Positions 1 to 6,781 of a stretch of DNA of 10,282 nucleotides are shown in pieces. The DNA lies in NCBI GenBank assembly GCA_016840065.1, contig JAEOTB010000074.1:1-10282 (forward strand). The letters are read 5' to 3'. Under the pieces are notes generated by a model. The model did no database searches. It saw only the letters and a program-made list of their open reading frames with translations, and was not told the DNA's origin. The position numbers were made by a program, and so were the translations under genes. Position 1 is the first letter of the stretch, and each line of letters starts with the position of its first letter. Source of the DNA: Candidatus Hermodarchaeota archaeon. Lineage in GTDB: Archaea; Asgardarchaeota; Hermodarchaeia; Hermodarchaeales; Hermodarchaeaceae.

Positions 1-1683
1 CATATCCTCTGGTCGGTCAAAGTCTAACGTCTTTAGAACCCACAAGCCTGGATCAAATTCCACCATCAGAGGCTTATCAGGAACAGGAAGGTAGAAGGTC
101 TGTTCCCGCTGCTCCACAAGTATCTCAAAGGACAAAGAGCCCTTTTCGGTAGTCACACCGACATCAACAGGCAACTGGAAAACCTCTGGGGTCTCGTTAC
201 TAGCTTTCTGTTGCTGCTTTACTGTCAACTTCAGCATGCCACGCTTTGAGTCCCAGGACTGGGTAACCTTGAACTCGGGGTAACCAGCCTTGAAGATCCA
301 CTGCTCAAAGAACCGGTCCATCGGGTCACCAGTGATTTCCTCGATGACACGCTGGAAGTCTACAGTCTCAACCACTCCCTTTGCATGTTTTGTCAGGAAG
401 TGCTTGAGTACCTTCCACCAAACCTCATCCCCAAGCTGGTAACGCAGCATATGCAGCCGCCAAGATCCACCTGGATAGGAGTGGGCATCAAACATATTTA
501 TAGGCAACTCGTAGACGCTCGTGACGATTGGGCGCCGATACCGTGACGAGTCCTCACTCATGTACCGCTCCGCATTCACCAGCAGCCGATAACTGAATTC
601 CTCACGCCCCTCATCAAACTCAACAAAACACGGGTCAAGGTAAGTGGCAAATCCCTCATGCAGCCACAGCTGACTCCATGTCTTTAGAGTAACTAAATCA
701 CCAAACCACATGTGTGCAAGCTCATGGGCTACCAAGGGACATGACCTGAAATCCTGGTGTGCCCGAGCATCATGCAAGGTCAAATCGGTTAGGGTAGTAG
801 CTGTAGTATTCTCCATGCCGCCAAAAGTGAAGTTTGTGACACAACTCTGTGTGTATGCTTTGTAGGGATAGGGGACGCCGAATTTTTCAATGAAGAAGCG
901 CATCATCTTGCAGGTTTTGCTGAAGGAGCGCTCCGCATCAACCTCTCTGCCTACAGGAATGTAATAGCGAAGTGGTATCCCATCACAATCTTCTTCCGTT
1001 ATCGTGTATTTCCCGATGACAAGACTTACCAGATAAAGGGAATGCGGGACTTCAAGAAGCCAGTGAAACGTGGTGCTGCTCCCCTCTGCCTTCTTTGATA
1101 CTAATTCTCCATTGGAAAGGGCTTCATAGCCAGTGGGGACAGTGACAATCATCTCGGTTGTGGCTTTCAGGTGTGGCGTATCGATACAGGGGAACCAGTG
1201 CCTGTTGTCTTCATCTTGCCCTTGGCTCCAAATGGATACAGGCTCGTTTGGGTAATGTTCGTTGGGGAGGACCCAGTAGAGCCCTGCCACAGGGCTGGTG
1301 CAGGAATACTTGACAACGATTGTTTCATCGAGTCCTCGGGGAAGAGGTTTACCTAAGGTTACGGTGAGTCTTTCCTCATCGTAATCGTAGTCAAGGTCTC
1401 TGCCTTTGGAGTCTTGAACAGACTCTATTTGGAGTTTAACAGCGTCGAAGGTGATGCGCTGGGCACCATCCTTGACAGCCTTGATACTGGTAGCGCAAAG
1501 ACCGCTTAAAGAACGGTCCTCAAGCTGTTTGAATTTCAGATTTAATTTGACGTGGATTACCTTGAATGGTAGTTTTCGCGTGTACTTAGGAGCGGTGCCT
1601 GGTGAGGTGAATGGCTTATGGTCACCCCATGTGTACGCGCCAAACTCCATTCGATCAAACGAGTCAGAGATATCGTCTGGCAT
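1..1683 (-). CDS. pepN: M1 family zinc aminopeptidase (aminopeptidase N-like), 5' part only; continues beyond the left edge
   Basis: Not in the ORF track because there is no stop in the window. Manual translation from ATG at 1683 (MPDDISDSFDRMEFGAY...) gives WSQGQ..NRHWFPC, LSNG, the exopeptidase motif GGMEN (808-822), the zinc motif HELAH (712-726) plus 18 residues to E (655-657, WLHEGFATY), and the catalytic Tyr region FDAHSYPGG. SD-like GAGGT lies upstream. Confidence 0.95.
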   Translation of the reverse strand, partial: MPDDISDSFDRMEFGAYTWGDHKPFTSPGTAPKYTRKLPFKVIHVKLNLKFKQLEDRSLSGLCATSIKAVKDGAQRITFDAVKLQIESVQDSKGRDLDYDYDEERLTVTLGKPLPRGLDETIVVKYSCTSPVAGLYWVLPNEHYPNEPVSIWSQGQDEDNRHWFPCIDTPHLKATTEMIVTVPTGYEALSNGELVSKKAEGSSTTFHWLLEVPHSLYLVSLVIGKYTITEEDCDGIPLRYYIPVGREVDAERSFSKTCKMMRFFIEKFGVPYPYKAYTQSCVTNFTFGGMENTTATTLTDLTLHDARAHQDFRSCPLVAHELAHMWFGDLVTLKTWSQLWLHEGFATYLDPCFVEFDEGREEFSYRLLVNAERYMSEDSSRYRRPIVTSVYELPINMFDAHSYPGGSWRLHMLRYQLGDEVWWKVLKHFLTKHAKGVVETVDFQRVIEEITGDPMDRFFEQWIFKAGYPEFKVTQSWDSKRGMLKLTVKQQQKASNETPEVFQLPVDVGVTTEKGSLSFEILVEQREQTFYLPVPDKPLMVEFDPGLWVLKTLDFDRPEDM

Positions 1684-1729
1684 ACTGCGAACCTCAAAAA
1701 GGAAATAAGCACTGCACAGATTGAGCCTA

Positions 1730-1750
1730 GGAACTTTAAGGCTTTGCCTT
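1730..1750 (-). promoter_or_regulatory. Putative archaeal BRE/TATA promoter of the aminopeptidase gene
   Basis: Minus strand reads GGCAAAGCCTTAAAGTTC: purine-rich BRE-like bases then CTTAAA, about 50 nt upstream of the ATG in the 77-bp gap after nikO. Confidence 0.4.
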
Positions 1751-1760
1751 CAGGAGCGGA

Positions 1761-2663
1761 TTAGGATCTGCTGGAAAGTCTCGCTGAGTCATGGGAATCT
1801 TTTACTGGTTTCAAGGAGCTAGTATTGGCTAGGTGCTCACGGAGAACTCGTATAGCTTCATCGATGGTCAACGGAAGTGGTGGCGTAATAGGATTGTCTG
1901 TGAACTCGGAAAGCTGCTGGAGGAGCTGAGTTACTGTAGGTGGCGTGAGGTGGGCTTCTGTTAATGCGTCTTTGTTGGAAAAGACTTCAGCCAAGGTGCC
2001 CCGAGCAGTAATACGCCCTTGGTGGAGAATGTATGCACGGTCAGCAAGAAGGGGTATACTGTCCACATCGTGGGTTGCGGTGATTAAGGTGAGGCCTCCC
2101 TGCTTGTGGAGCTTCAATAGAAATTCAATGAATTCTGCCCGACTTTTTGGATCTAGGTGGGCGGTGGGTTCATCGAGGATTAGGATTTCGGGTCGCATAG
2201 CCAGAACGGTGGCGATAGCTGCTCGCTTCTTTTCACCGACGCTGAGGTGATGAGGTGGTTGATCCCGTAAATCCGATAGTCCAACTGCGGTTAATGCCTC
2301 CTTCACCCGCCTTTCTACCTCATCTTTCTCCAATCCCAAATTGAGAGGTCCAAATGCTACGTCCTCCCAAAGTGTTGGCATGAAGAGCTGATTATCGGGT
2401 TCTTGGAAGACCAATCCCACTGAAGCGCGAAGCTTTCGAATCGTCTTTGGTGTAACCTCAGTATGCAGTATTTTGATTGTACCTTTGTTCGCTTCGAAGA
2501 CCCCGCTCATCAAGGAAAGAAGCGTGGATTTACCAGCTCCATTAGCCCCAATAATGGCTGCTCGTTCATGGAGGCCTACTTGGAGATTAACCTCCTTTAA
2601 GGCGATTCGACCATCAGGGTAACGAAACTGAACGCCCTGCATATCAATAGCACAGTGTACCAA
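1761..2663 (-). CDS. nikO: ECF transporter ATPase (A component, NikO/CbiO family)
   Basis: Walker A GANGAGKST, Q-loop VFQEPDNQLF typical of CbiO/EcfA, signature LSVGEKKR, Walker B ILILDEPT, H-loop ATHD. The ORF-track start (2774) overlaps nikQ by 109 nt. The more likely start is TTG at 2663 behind GGAGGA (2675-2680); ATG 2675 and ATG 2642 are alternatives. Confidence 0.93.
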   Translation of the reverse strand: MVHCAIDMQGVQFRYPDGRIALKEVNLQVGLHERAAIIGANGAGKSTLLSLMSGVFEANKGTIKILHTEVTPKTIRKLRASVGLVFQEPDNQLFMPTLWEDVAFGPLNLGLEKDEVERRVKEALTAVGLSDLRDQPPHHLSVGEKKRAAIATVLAMRPEILILDEPTAHLDPKSRAEFIEFLLKLHKQGGLTLITATHDVDSIPLLADRAYILHQGRITARGTLAEVFSNKDALTEAHLTPPTVTQLLQQLSEFTDNPITPPLPLTIDEAIRVLREHLANTSSLKPVKDSHDSARLSSRS

Positions 2664-2665
2664 TG

Positions 2666-3499
2666 TTAAACCCATCCTCCAAAAATAGTAACTGGTGAAA
2701 TAATCGGTGCGAAATAGATCAGAATGGCCACAGTTAACAGGCAGATACCGAATCCCCAATCCCGAGTTCGACAATTCAACTCGTTTAGCGATCGGAATTT
2801 TCCGCTGTACCCCCGAGCTAACATGGCTTGGTACACTTTCTCCCCTCTCTCAAAGGCTCTAATGAAGAGCGTACCAATCATACTGGATAATGAACGGAGC
2901 GTCTTGAAACTCACCACCCGCTCCTTTCTCACTGAACGCGCCTCTCTCGCCATACCCATACGATATACTTCATCGGTGAACAGAAAGATATACCGGTACG
3001 TCATGGCGGTCAGCTGGATGAATAAGCGTGGAAGGTGAAGCCTTTCCATGCCTTGTAGAAGGGTAGTAAACCGCGTCGTTAGAGTAAGTAGGCTCAAGGC
3101 CCCGCCGCATACCCAAACACGCATCGCAAGAAGAGCAGCTTTGTATACGCCCTCCAGTGTAATCCAAAGCAACCACGGGCCTATCTGAAAGGTGTACAGA
3201 GCATAACCTGGTGTGGTGAAGGGTAATGGTAACACGATGGCAACGGAGAAAAGAAGAACCATCGCGGTACGACCAAAGAAGACTCGAAGGGGTAATCGAG
3301 AAGCCAGTGCAAGCCCGACTAGAAATCCCAGCATTATGAGAAGTTGGAGCAAGCTCTGCAGTAATACTGTACCAATGACTAGAGCAGTTAAACCAACTAA
3401 TTTGATTCGAGGATCAATACGCTGGAGTAGCCCTAGACGACTGGCATACCGTTCAATATGAAGGCTCTCACCAATGGTCTTCAAGAGCTCCTTTAACAC
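2666..3499 (-). CDS. nikQ: ECF transporter transmembrane T component (NikQ/CbiQ family)
   Basis: DPRIKL N-terminal motif, several TM helices, YRYIFLF, and two conserved Arg motifs (EAR, ARG in AMLARGY). GTG start preceded by AGGTGA. Confidence 0.95.
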   Translation of the reverse strand: MLKELLKTIGESLHIERYASRLGLLQRIDPRIKLVGLTALVIGTVLLQSLLQLLIMLGFLVGLALASRLPLRVFFGRTAMVLLFSVAIVLPLPFTTPGYALYTFQIGPWLLWITLEGVYKAALLAMRVWVCGGALSLLTLTTRFTTLLQGMERLHLPRLFIQLTAMTYRYIFLFTDEVYRMGMAREARSVRKERVVSFKTLRSLSSMIGTLFIRAFERGEKVYQAMLARGYSGKFRSLNELNCRTRDWGFGICLLTVAILIYFAPIISPVTIFGGWV

Positions 3500-3529
3500 G
3501 TATCAATCACCTGAGTCAGTTAGTACCAA

Positions 3530-3823
3530 TCAGCTCGTTTTCTGTTTTCTTCGTGTTACAAGCCAACCGATAAGAAAGGTGAGTACCAAAATGAGTCCGG
3601 TAATACCTATGCCTAGAGCAAGGCTAGCTATTGGATTGTCTTCTAATCCGGGTATTCCGTAGTCTGGGAAGGGGGATGTCCAGGTTTCTGACTCGTGGGT
3701 TCCAAATAATCCTGCGATGATATCCAGTGTCTCGTTGGCAAATCCTAGTACAAAGACTCCAATTACGACAAATAGGATTGCTATGAGAAACCCTCCAATT
3801 AGCATCTTGTATTTACTTTCCAT
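3530..3823 (-). CDS. nikN: Small two-TM accessory component of the Ni/Co ECF transporter (NikN/PDGLE-domain-like)
   Basis: Two hydrophobic helices flank a loop with SPFPDYGIPG, matching the PxPDY motif of PDGLE-domain proteins. It lies between nikM and nikQ. Likely start is ATG 3823 (MESKYK), overlapping the end of nikM; the ORF track gives 3832. Confidence 0.8.
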   Translation of the reverse strand: MESKYKMLIGGFLIAILFVVIGVFVLGFANETLDIIAGLFGTHESETWTSPFPDYGIPGLEDNPIASLALGIGITGLILVLTFLIGWLVTRRKQKTS

Positions 3824-4481
3824 AATCAACACTTTCTATTTTCGGTAATGTCCCCTTCAAAAGATCTGGACGTATTCGGAGAATTGTCAGAAGAATGATT
3901 ACTGTAGCAATCCCTTCGATGACACCGATAACCGAGTGATGAATGGTCATTGTAAGAAGTCCAATTCCTAGAAAGGTGATATCTGCTGTAGATAATCCCA
4001 CTTCTATGGCAGCCGCAATCGCTGCTAGTAAATCGCCTAGAAAAGCACCGAGGAATCCTCCTGCTATTAGGCTGTTTTTCGATGGCTTCAGTTTCAAGAA
4101 GCCGATTAAAATTGCGTATGGGATGAAAGTTCCGATAACTCCCATGTTGAAGAGATTGGCTCCAAAGGTAAGTATCCCTCCGTCTTGGAACACGAAAGCT
4201 TGAATCACTAGAATGATGGTCATTGAGATTAAGCTCGTAAAAGGTCCAAGGGTTGTAGCAAGAATAGGTCCGCCTAGAAGATGGGCTGTTGTGCCAAAGA
4301 GTACTGGTATGTTTACCATTTGAGCAGCGAAAATCATTGCAGTTAGAGTTGCCATTAGGGGTATCTGCTTCTCGGTAAGAGTTCTATTAGTTCGCCAGAA
4401 GGCTACTACAAGGAAAAGGAGGGAAATTATCCAGAAGACTATACACATTAGGAGCGTGAGCCAGCCGTCAGGTATGTGCAT
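3813..4481 (-). CDS. nikM: ECF substrate-binding S component, NikM/CbiM family (nickel-type N-terminus)
   Basis: N-terminal metal-binding MHIPDG (NikM-like; cobalt-type CbiM typically has MHIMEG), FAAQMVN, GTTAHLLG, QAFVFQDGG..GAN, IGVIEG. Divergent from nikR. Confidence 0.95.
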   Translation of the reverse strand: MHIPDGWLTLLMCIVFWIISLLFLVVAFWRTNRTLTEKQIPLMATLTAMIFAAQMVNIPVLFGTTAHLLGGPILATTLGPFTSLISMTIILVIQAFVFQDGGILTFGANLFNMGVIGTFIPYAILIGFLKLKPSKNSLIAGGFLGAFLGDLLAAIAAAIEVGLSTADITFLGIGLLTMTIHHSVIGVIEGIATVIILLTILRIRPDLLKGTLPKIESVDYGK

Positions 4482-4496
4482 ATAAACGCGCCACCA

Positions 4497-4524
4497 GTAA
4501 TACTTTTTTAACGATTTGTAATAC
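4497..4524. promoter_or_regulatory. NikR operator candidate GTAATAC-N14-GTAATAC (28 bp)
   Basis: GTAATAC at 4497-4503 and 4518-4524. Read as a dyad it is GTAATA-N16-TAATAC, the same 6-16-6 geometry as the E. coli NikR operator GTATGA-N16-TCATAC. It lies 15 bp upstream of the nikM start, adjacent to an AT-rich TATA-like stretch (minus AAATAAAA, 4525-4532). Confidence 0.8.
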
Positions 4525-4609
4525 TTTTATTTAGGTGTTGCGGATTCACCCTCCACAACACTGATAGAACCAAAGTCATGCACTAAACTACTAAATGGCG
4601 TGTGGTTAA

Positions 4610-5050
4610 ATGGCGAAACAAGGTGTAACCCGTATCAGTATCTCACTACCTCCGGAACTTCTACAAGATTTTGAAAACGTTATCAACGAGATGGGATATG
4701 ATAGGTCCAAAGCGATTCAACAGGCAATGCGAACCTTCATCTCAGATTATCGCTGGGATCATCACCCAACAGCCTTTGCCGTGGGAACAATAACCCTCAT
4801 CTATCACCACGATGTTCGAGGAGTAGAATCCGAACTAACGGATATCCAACATCAATACACTGAGCTTATCACGTCATCTACTCATGTGCACTTGGATGCT
4901 GTTCATTGCCTATTAGTTATCGTCGTAAAAGGGAAGGCAAAGGAAATACAAGCGTTGGCAATGGAAATGAAAGGTCTCCGGGGTATCAAACAGCTAAAAC
5001 TGACAGGTCTTGTAGGAGATGCATCACCATCTCATGCTCATTCCCATTAA
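4610..5050 (+). CDS. nikR: Nickel-responsive transcriptional regulator NikR
   Basis: N-terminal ribbon-helix-helix (RISISLP..LL..F......GY.RS.AI) and ACT-like domain with the Ni ligands QH, HVH and C (equivalent to E. coli H76/H87/H89/C95). Divergent from nikMNQO. Confidence 0.96.
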   Translation: MAKQGVTRISISLPPELLQDFENVINEMGYDRSKAIQQAMRTFISDYRWDHHPTAFAVGTITLIYHHDVRGVESELTDIQHQYTELITSSTHVHLDAVHCLLVIVVKGKAKEIQALAMEMKGLRGIKQLKLTGLVGDASPSHAHSH

Positions 5051-5073
5051 TCTCAAGCAGATGATTAGTTAAG

Positions 5074-5991
5074 ATGAACGTGAAATTAGGTATTCATATT
5101 CCCATGGAATATTTCACCCCAACACAAGCAGTCGAGTGCGCAAAACAAGCAGATGCTGTTGGTTTAGACCTTGTTGTCGTAAATGATCACCTTTTCCTTC
5201 CTTGGACTTTTCGTGCCAGCGAGCCTTGGACAGTTCTTGCAGCAATAGCTTCTTCAACAAAGAATATTAGGCTAGGTTCCTGCGTGACACCCTTACCCCT
5301 CCGTCATCCCTTCCTTGTCGCAAAGCTTTCTGCCACAGTAGACCAGCTATCACAGGGGCGCCTAGTCATGGGTGTGGGAGCGGGCTGGTTTGAGAACGAA
5401 TTCACAAGTATTAACGTTCCATATCTGAAGCTTGCAGACCGACTAGCTCAGACCGAAGAAGCAATTCGTCTCTTGTGTGAGCTCTGGGTCAATCCATCGG
5501 TAACCTTCAAAGGGCAATATTACAACACTGACAGCCTTTCTCTCAAACCAAAACCAGTCCAGAAACCACATCCTCCACTCTACTTAGGAGGCAATTCGAA
5601 GACAATCCTTTCACTCACAGCAAAACATGGGAAAGGTTGGATGCCCTTCTCTCCCTCATTAGAGGATTTAGCACTCCGGGTTAAATTGATTGGCAAACTG
5701 CTTCGGAAAGAGAGCCGCTCACTCGACGAAATACAAATTATTCCCAGTATTCCGCTCCAATTTGGTAAAGACAGAAATAGCGCGTTTGAGCAATTACCAA
5801 ACTATCTCAAGGCTCTCCGATATTCCGGATTTAACTATATTTTAGGATCACCGTCAGAGTGCATAAAACAAATTCAAGCTTATCTAAAGGCGGGTGCTAC
5901 TCAACTCATTCTCAGACTTGTGAATCCTCCTCAAACGAAAGCACATATCCAAACAATCGCCGATGAAATAATCCCACAATTGACTCCGTGA
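5074..5991 (+). CDS. LLM-class (luciferase-like) flavin-dependent oxidoreductase, probably F420-dependent
   Basis: VNDHLF, EPWTVLAAIA..T.NIRLG..VT..PLRHP..VAK..ATVDQLS.GRL..GVGAGW and PKPVQKPHPPLYLGG are hallmark LLM motifs. F420 use is inferred from the archaeal context. Confidence 0.92.
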   Translation: MNVKLGIHIPMEYFTPTQAVECAKQADAVGLDLVVVNDHLFLPWTFRASEPWTVLAAIASSTKNIRLGSCVTPLPLRHPFLVAKLSATVDQLSQGRLVMGVGAGWFENEFTSINVPYLKLADRLAQTEEAIRLLCELWVNPSVTFKGQYYNTDSLSLKPKPVQKPHPPLYLGGNSKTILSLTAKHGKGWMPFSPSLEDLALRVKLIGKLLRKESRSLDEIQIIPSIPLQFGKDRNSAFEQLPNYLKALRYSGFNYILGSPSECIKQIQAYLKAGATQLILRLVNPPQTKAHIQTIADEIIPQLTP

Positions 5992-6027
5992 TCGGTGGTT
6001 CTAGGCCAGGGAGGAATGATTCGTGGA

Positions 6028-6246
6028 CTAACCGTTTGGCTCTATTCCACAAACTCCTTGCTCAACCCTTCTTATGCAATCTTTTAGGGCGCGTAAATCA
6101 GCCTTTATAGCCTTGGGAACTTTTACACCTCGAAGCTTAGCAAGCCACTGCTCTACTGCCGCGGTGTCTTCCCATATCTTATTCATCAAAGTCGTGCAGG
6201 TGCCGATTATAACTCCGTTTAAATCTTCGTCAAGATCAGCCATCAT
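6028..6246 (-). CDS. Small hypothetical helical protein (72 aa)
   Basis: Does not overlap neighbours and is convergent with the LLM gene (36-bp gap). Amphipathic helical pattern, purine-rich AAAAGGG upstream, BRE/TATA-like GAAAGGCTTGAAG ~45-55 nt upstream, and local similarity to the C-terminus of the 9526-10053 protein. Confidence 0.6.
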   Translation of the reverse strand: MMADLDEDLNGVIIGTCTTLMNKIWEDTAAVEQWLAKLRGVKVPKAIKADLRALKDCIRRVEQGVCGIEPNG

Positions 6247-6300
6247 TAACCCTTTCTCAGTCTTTCATAAAATATCTAGGAGAAATCCGCTTCAAGCCTT

Positions 6301-6446
6301 TCCCTAAGAGGGATATTGAAAGAAGGTGACTTTCCCTGCAGCCGCAGGGTATTGCACCAGGTTCACTTTCGGTAGATTCTACCATGGATGCAGTTCTCCG
6401 GTATCTCGTCAGAGGGCATCTCTATGCGATGCCGCTGCGCGATACC
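6301..6446. ncRNA. Candidate structured non-coding RNA or cis-regulatory element (unassigned family)
   Basis: Consecutive hairpins: TCCCT/AGGGA 6301-6313; CCCTGC/GCAGGG 6334-6349; TTGCACCA/TGGATGCAG 6352-6393 enclosing GGTAG/CTACC; nested GGTATC-CAG-GGCATC/GATGCC-CTG-GATACC 6400-6446. Confidence 0.45.
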
Positions 6447-6781
6447 AAAAACAACTATGAGCTACTATAAGATAAAGGTAACGATTAGAGTGCAATGGAA
6501 CATCGCTAGAAAAGAAATCGCAGCATTCGGGGTCAAAGGGAGAAAGAATGGTGTATTACGGAGAGGAGTTGACAACAGATTGCTATGGCGTGCTGAGGCG
6601 TATTGCGACAAGGAACATGTGTAGAACACAACCGATTGCAAGTATGAGGAAAAGTATCACACATGATTTTGTCGATAAATTCTCTAATGGCATCATGATT
6701 AACCTGACGACCAACGAAGAAAAATGTGTGTATCATGTGCTGTGTCTTCAGGAATATGCCGAGGATACCTCAGAGGTGCGG

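Noticed and set aside
2676-2774. N-terminal extension of the ATPase in the ORF track
   Set aside because: Lies inside the nikQ coding sequence and precedes the normal start of an ABC domain; an SD-like GGAGGA supports a later start.
1171-4203. Plus-strand ORFs 1171-1356, 1451-1708, 1945-2250, 2724-3038, 3213-3461, 3474-3662, 3943-4203 and minus ORF 2970-3176
   Set aside because: Antisense or off-frame shadows of the well-supported pepN and nikMNQO genes, with no recognisable motifs.
3813-4481. Cobalt-specific (B12-related) assignment of the ECF transporter
   Set aside because: The MHIPDG N-terminus, adjacent nikR and NikR-type operator favour nickel, and there are no cobalamin genes in the window. 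Some Co transport cannot be excluded.
6320-6400. Resemblance of the structured element to TPP (GAACCUG...CAGGGAA), cobalamin/FMN (GGUGCAAUACC), SAM-I (GCAUCC/GGUGC) riboswitches or RNase P (GGAAAGUC)
   Set aside because: Only isolated fragments match. The other required motifs (UGAGA, B12 box, AUC/GAU P1, downstream RNase P helices) are missing, so no family is assigned.
6348-6447. tRNA-like element (8-bp closing stem followed by A)
   Set aside because: No TTCRA T-loop, D-loop or proper cloverleaf spacing on either strand.
6533-6736. Cys/His-rich 67-aa minus ORF as a metal-binding peptide near Ni genes
   Set aside because: No SD or promoter, no ordered metal-binding motif, and it overlaps equally weak plus-strand ORFs (6388-6624, 6548-6889). 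The composition is explained by TG/CA-rich DNA.
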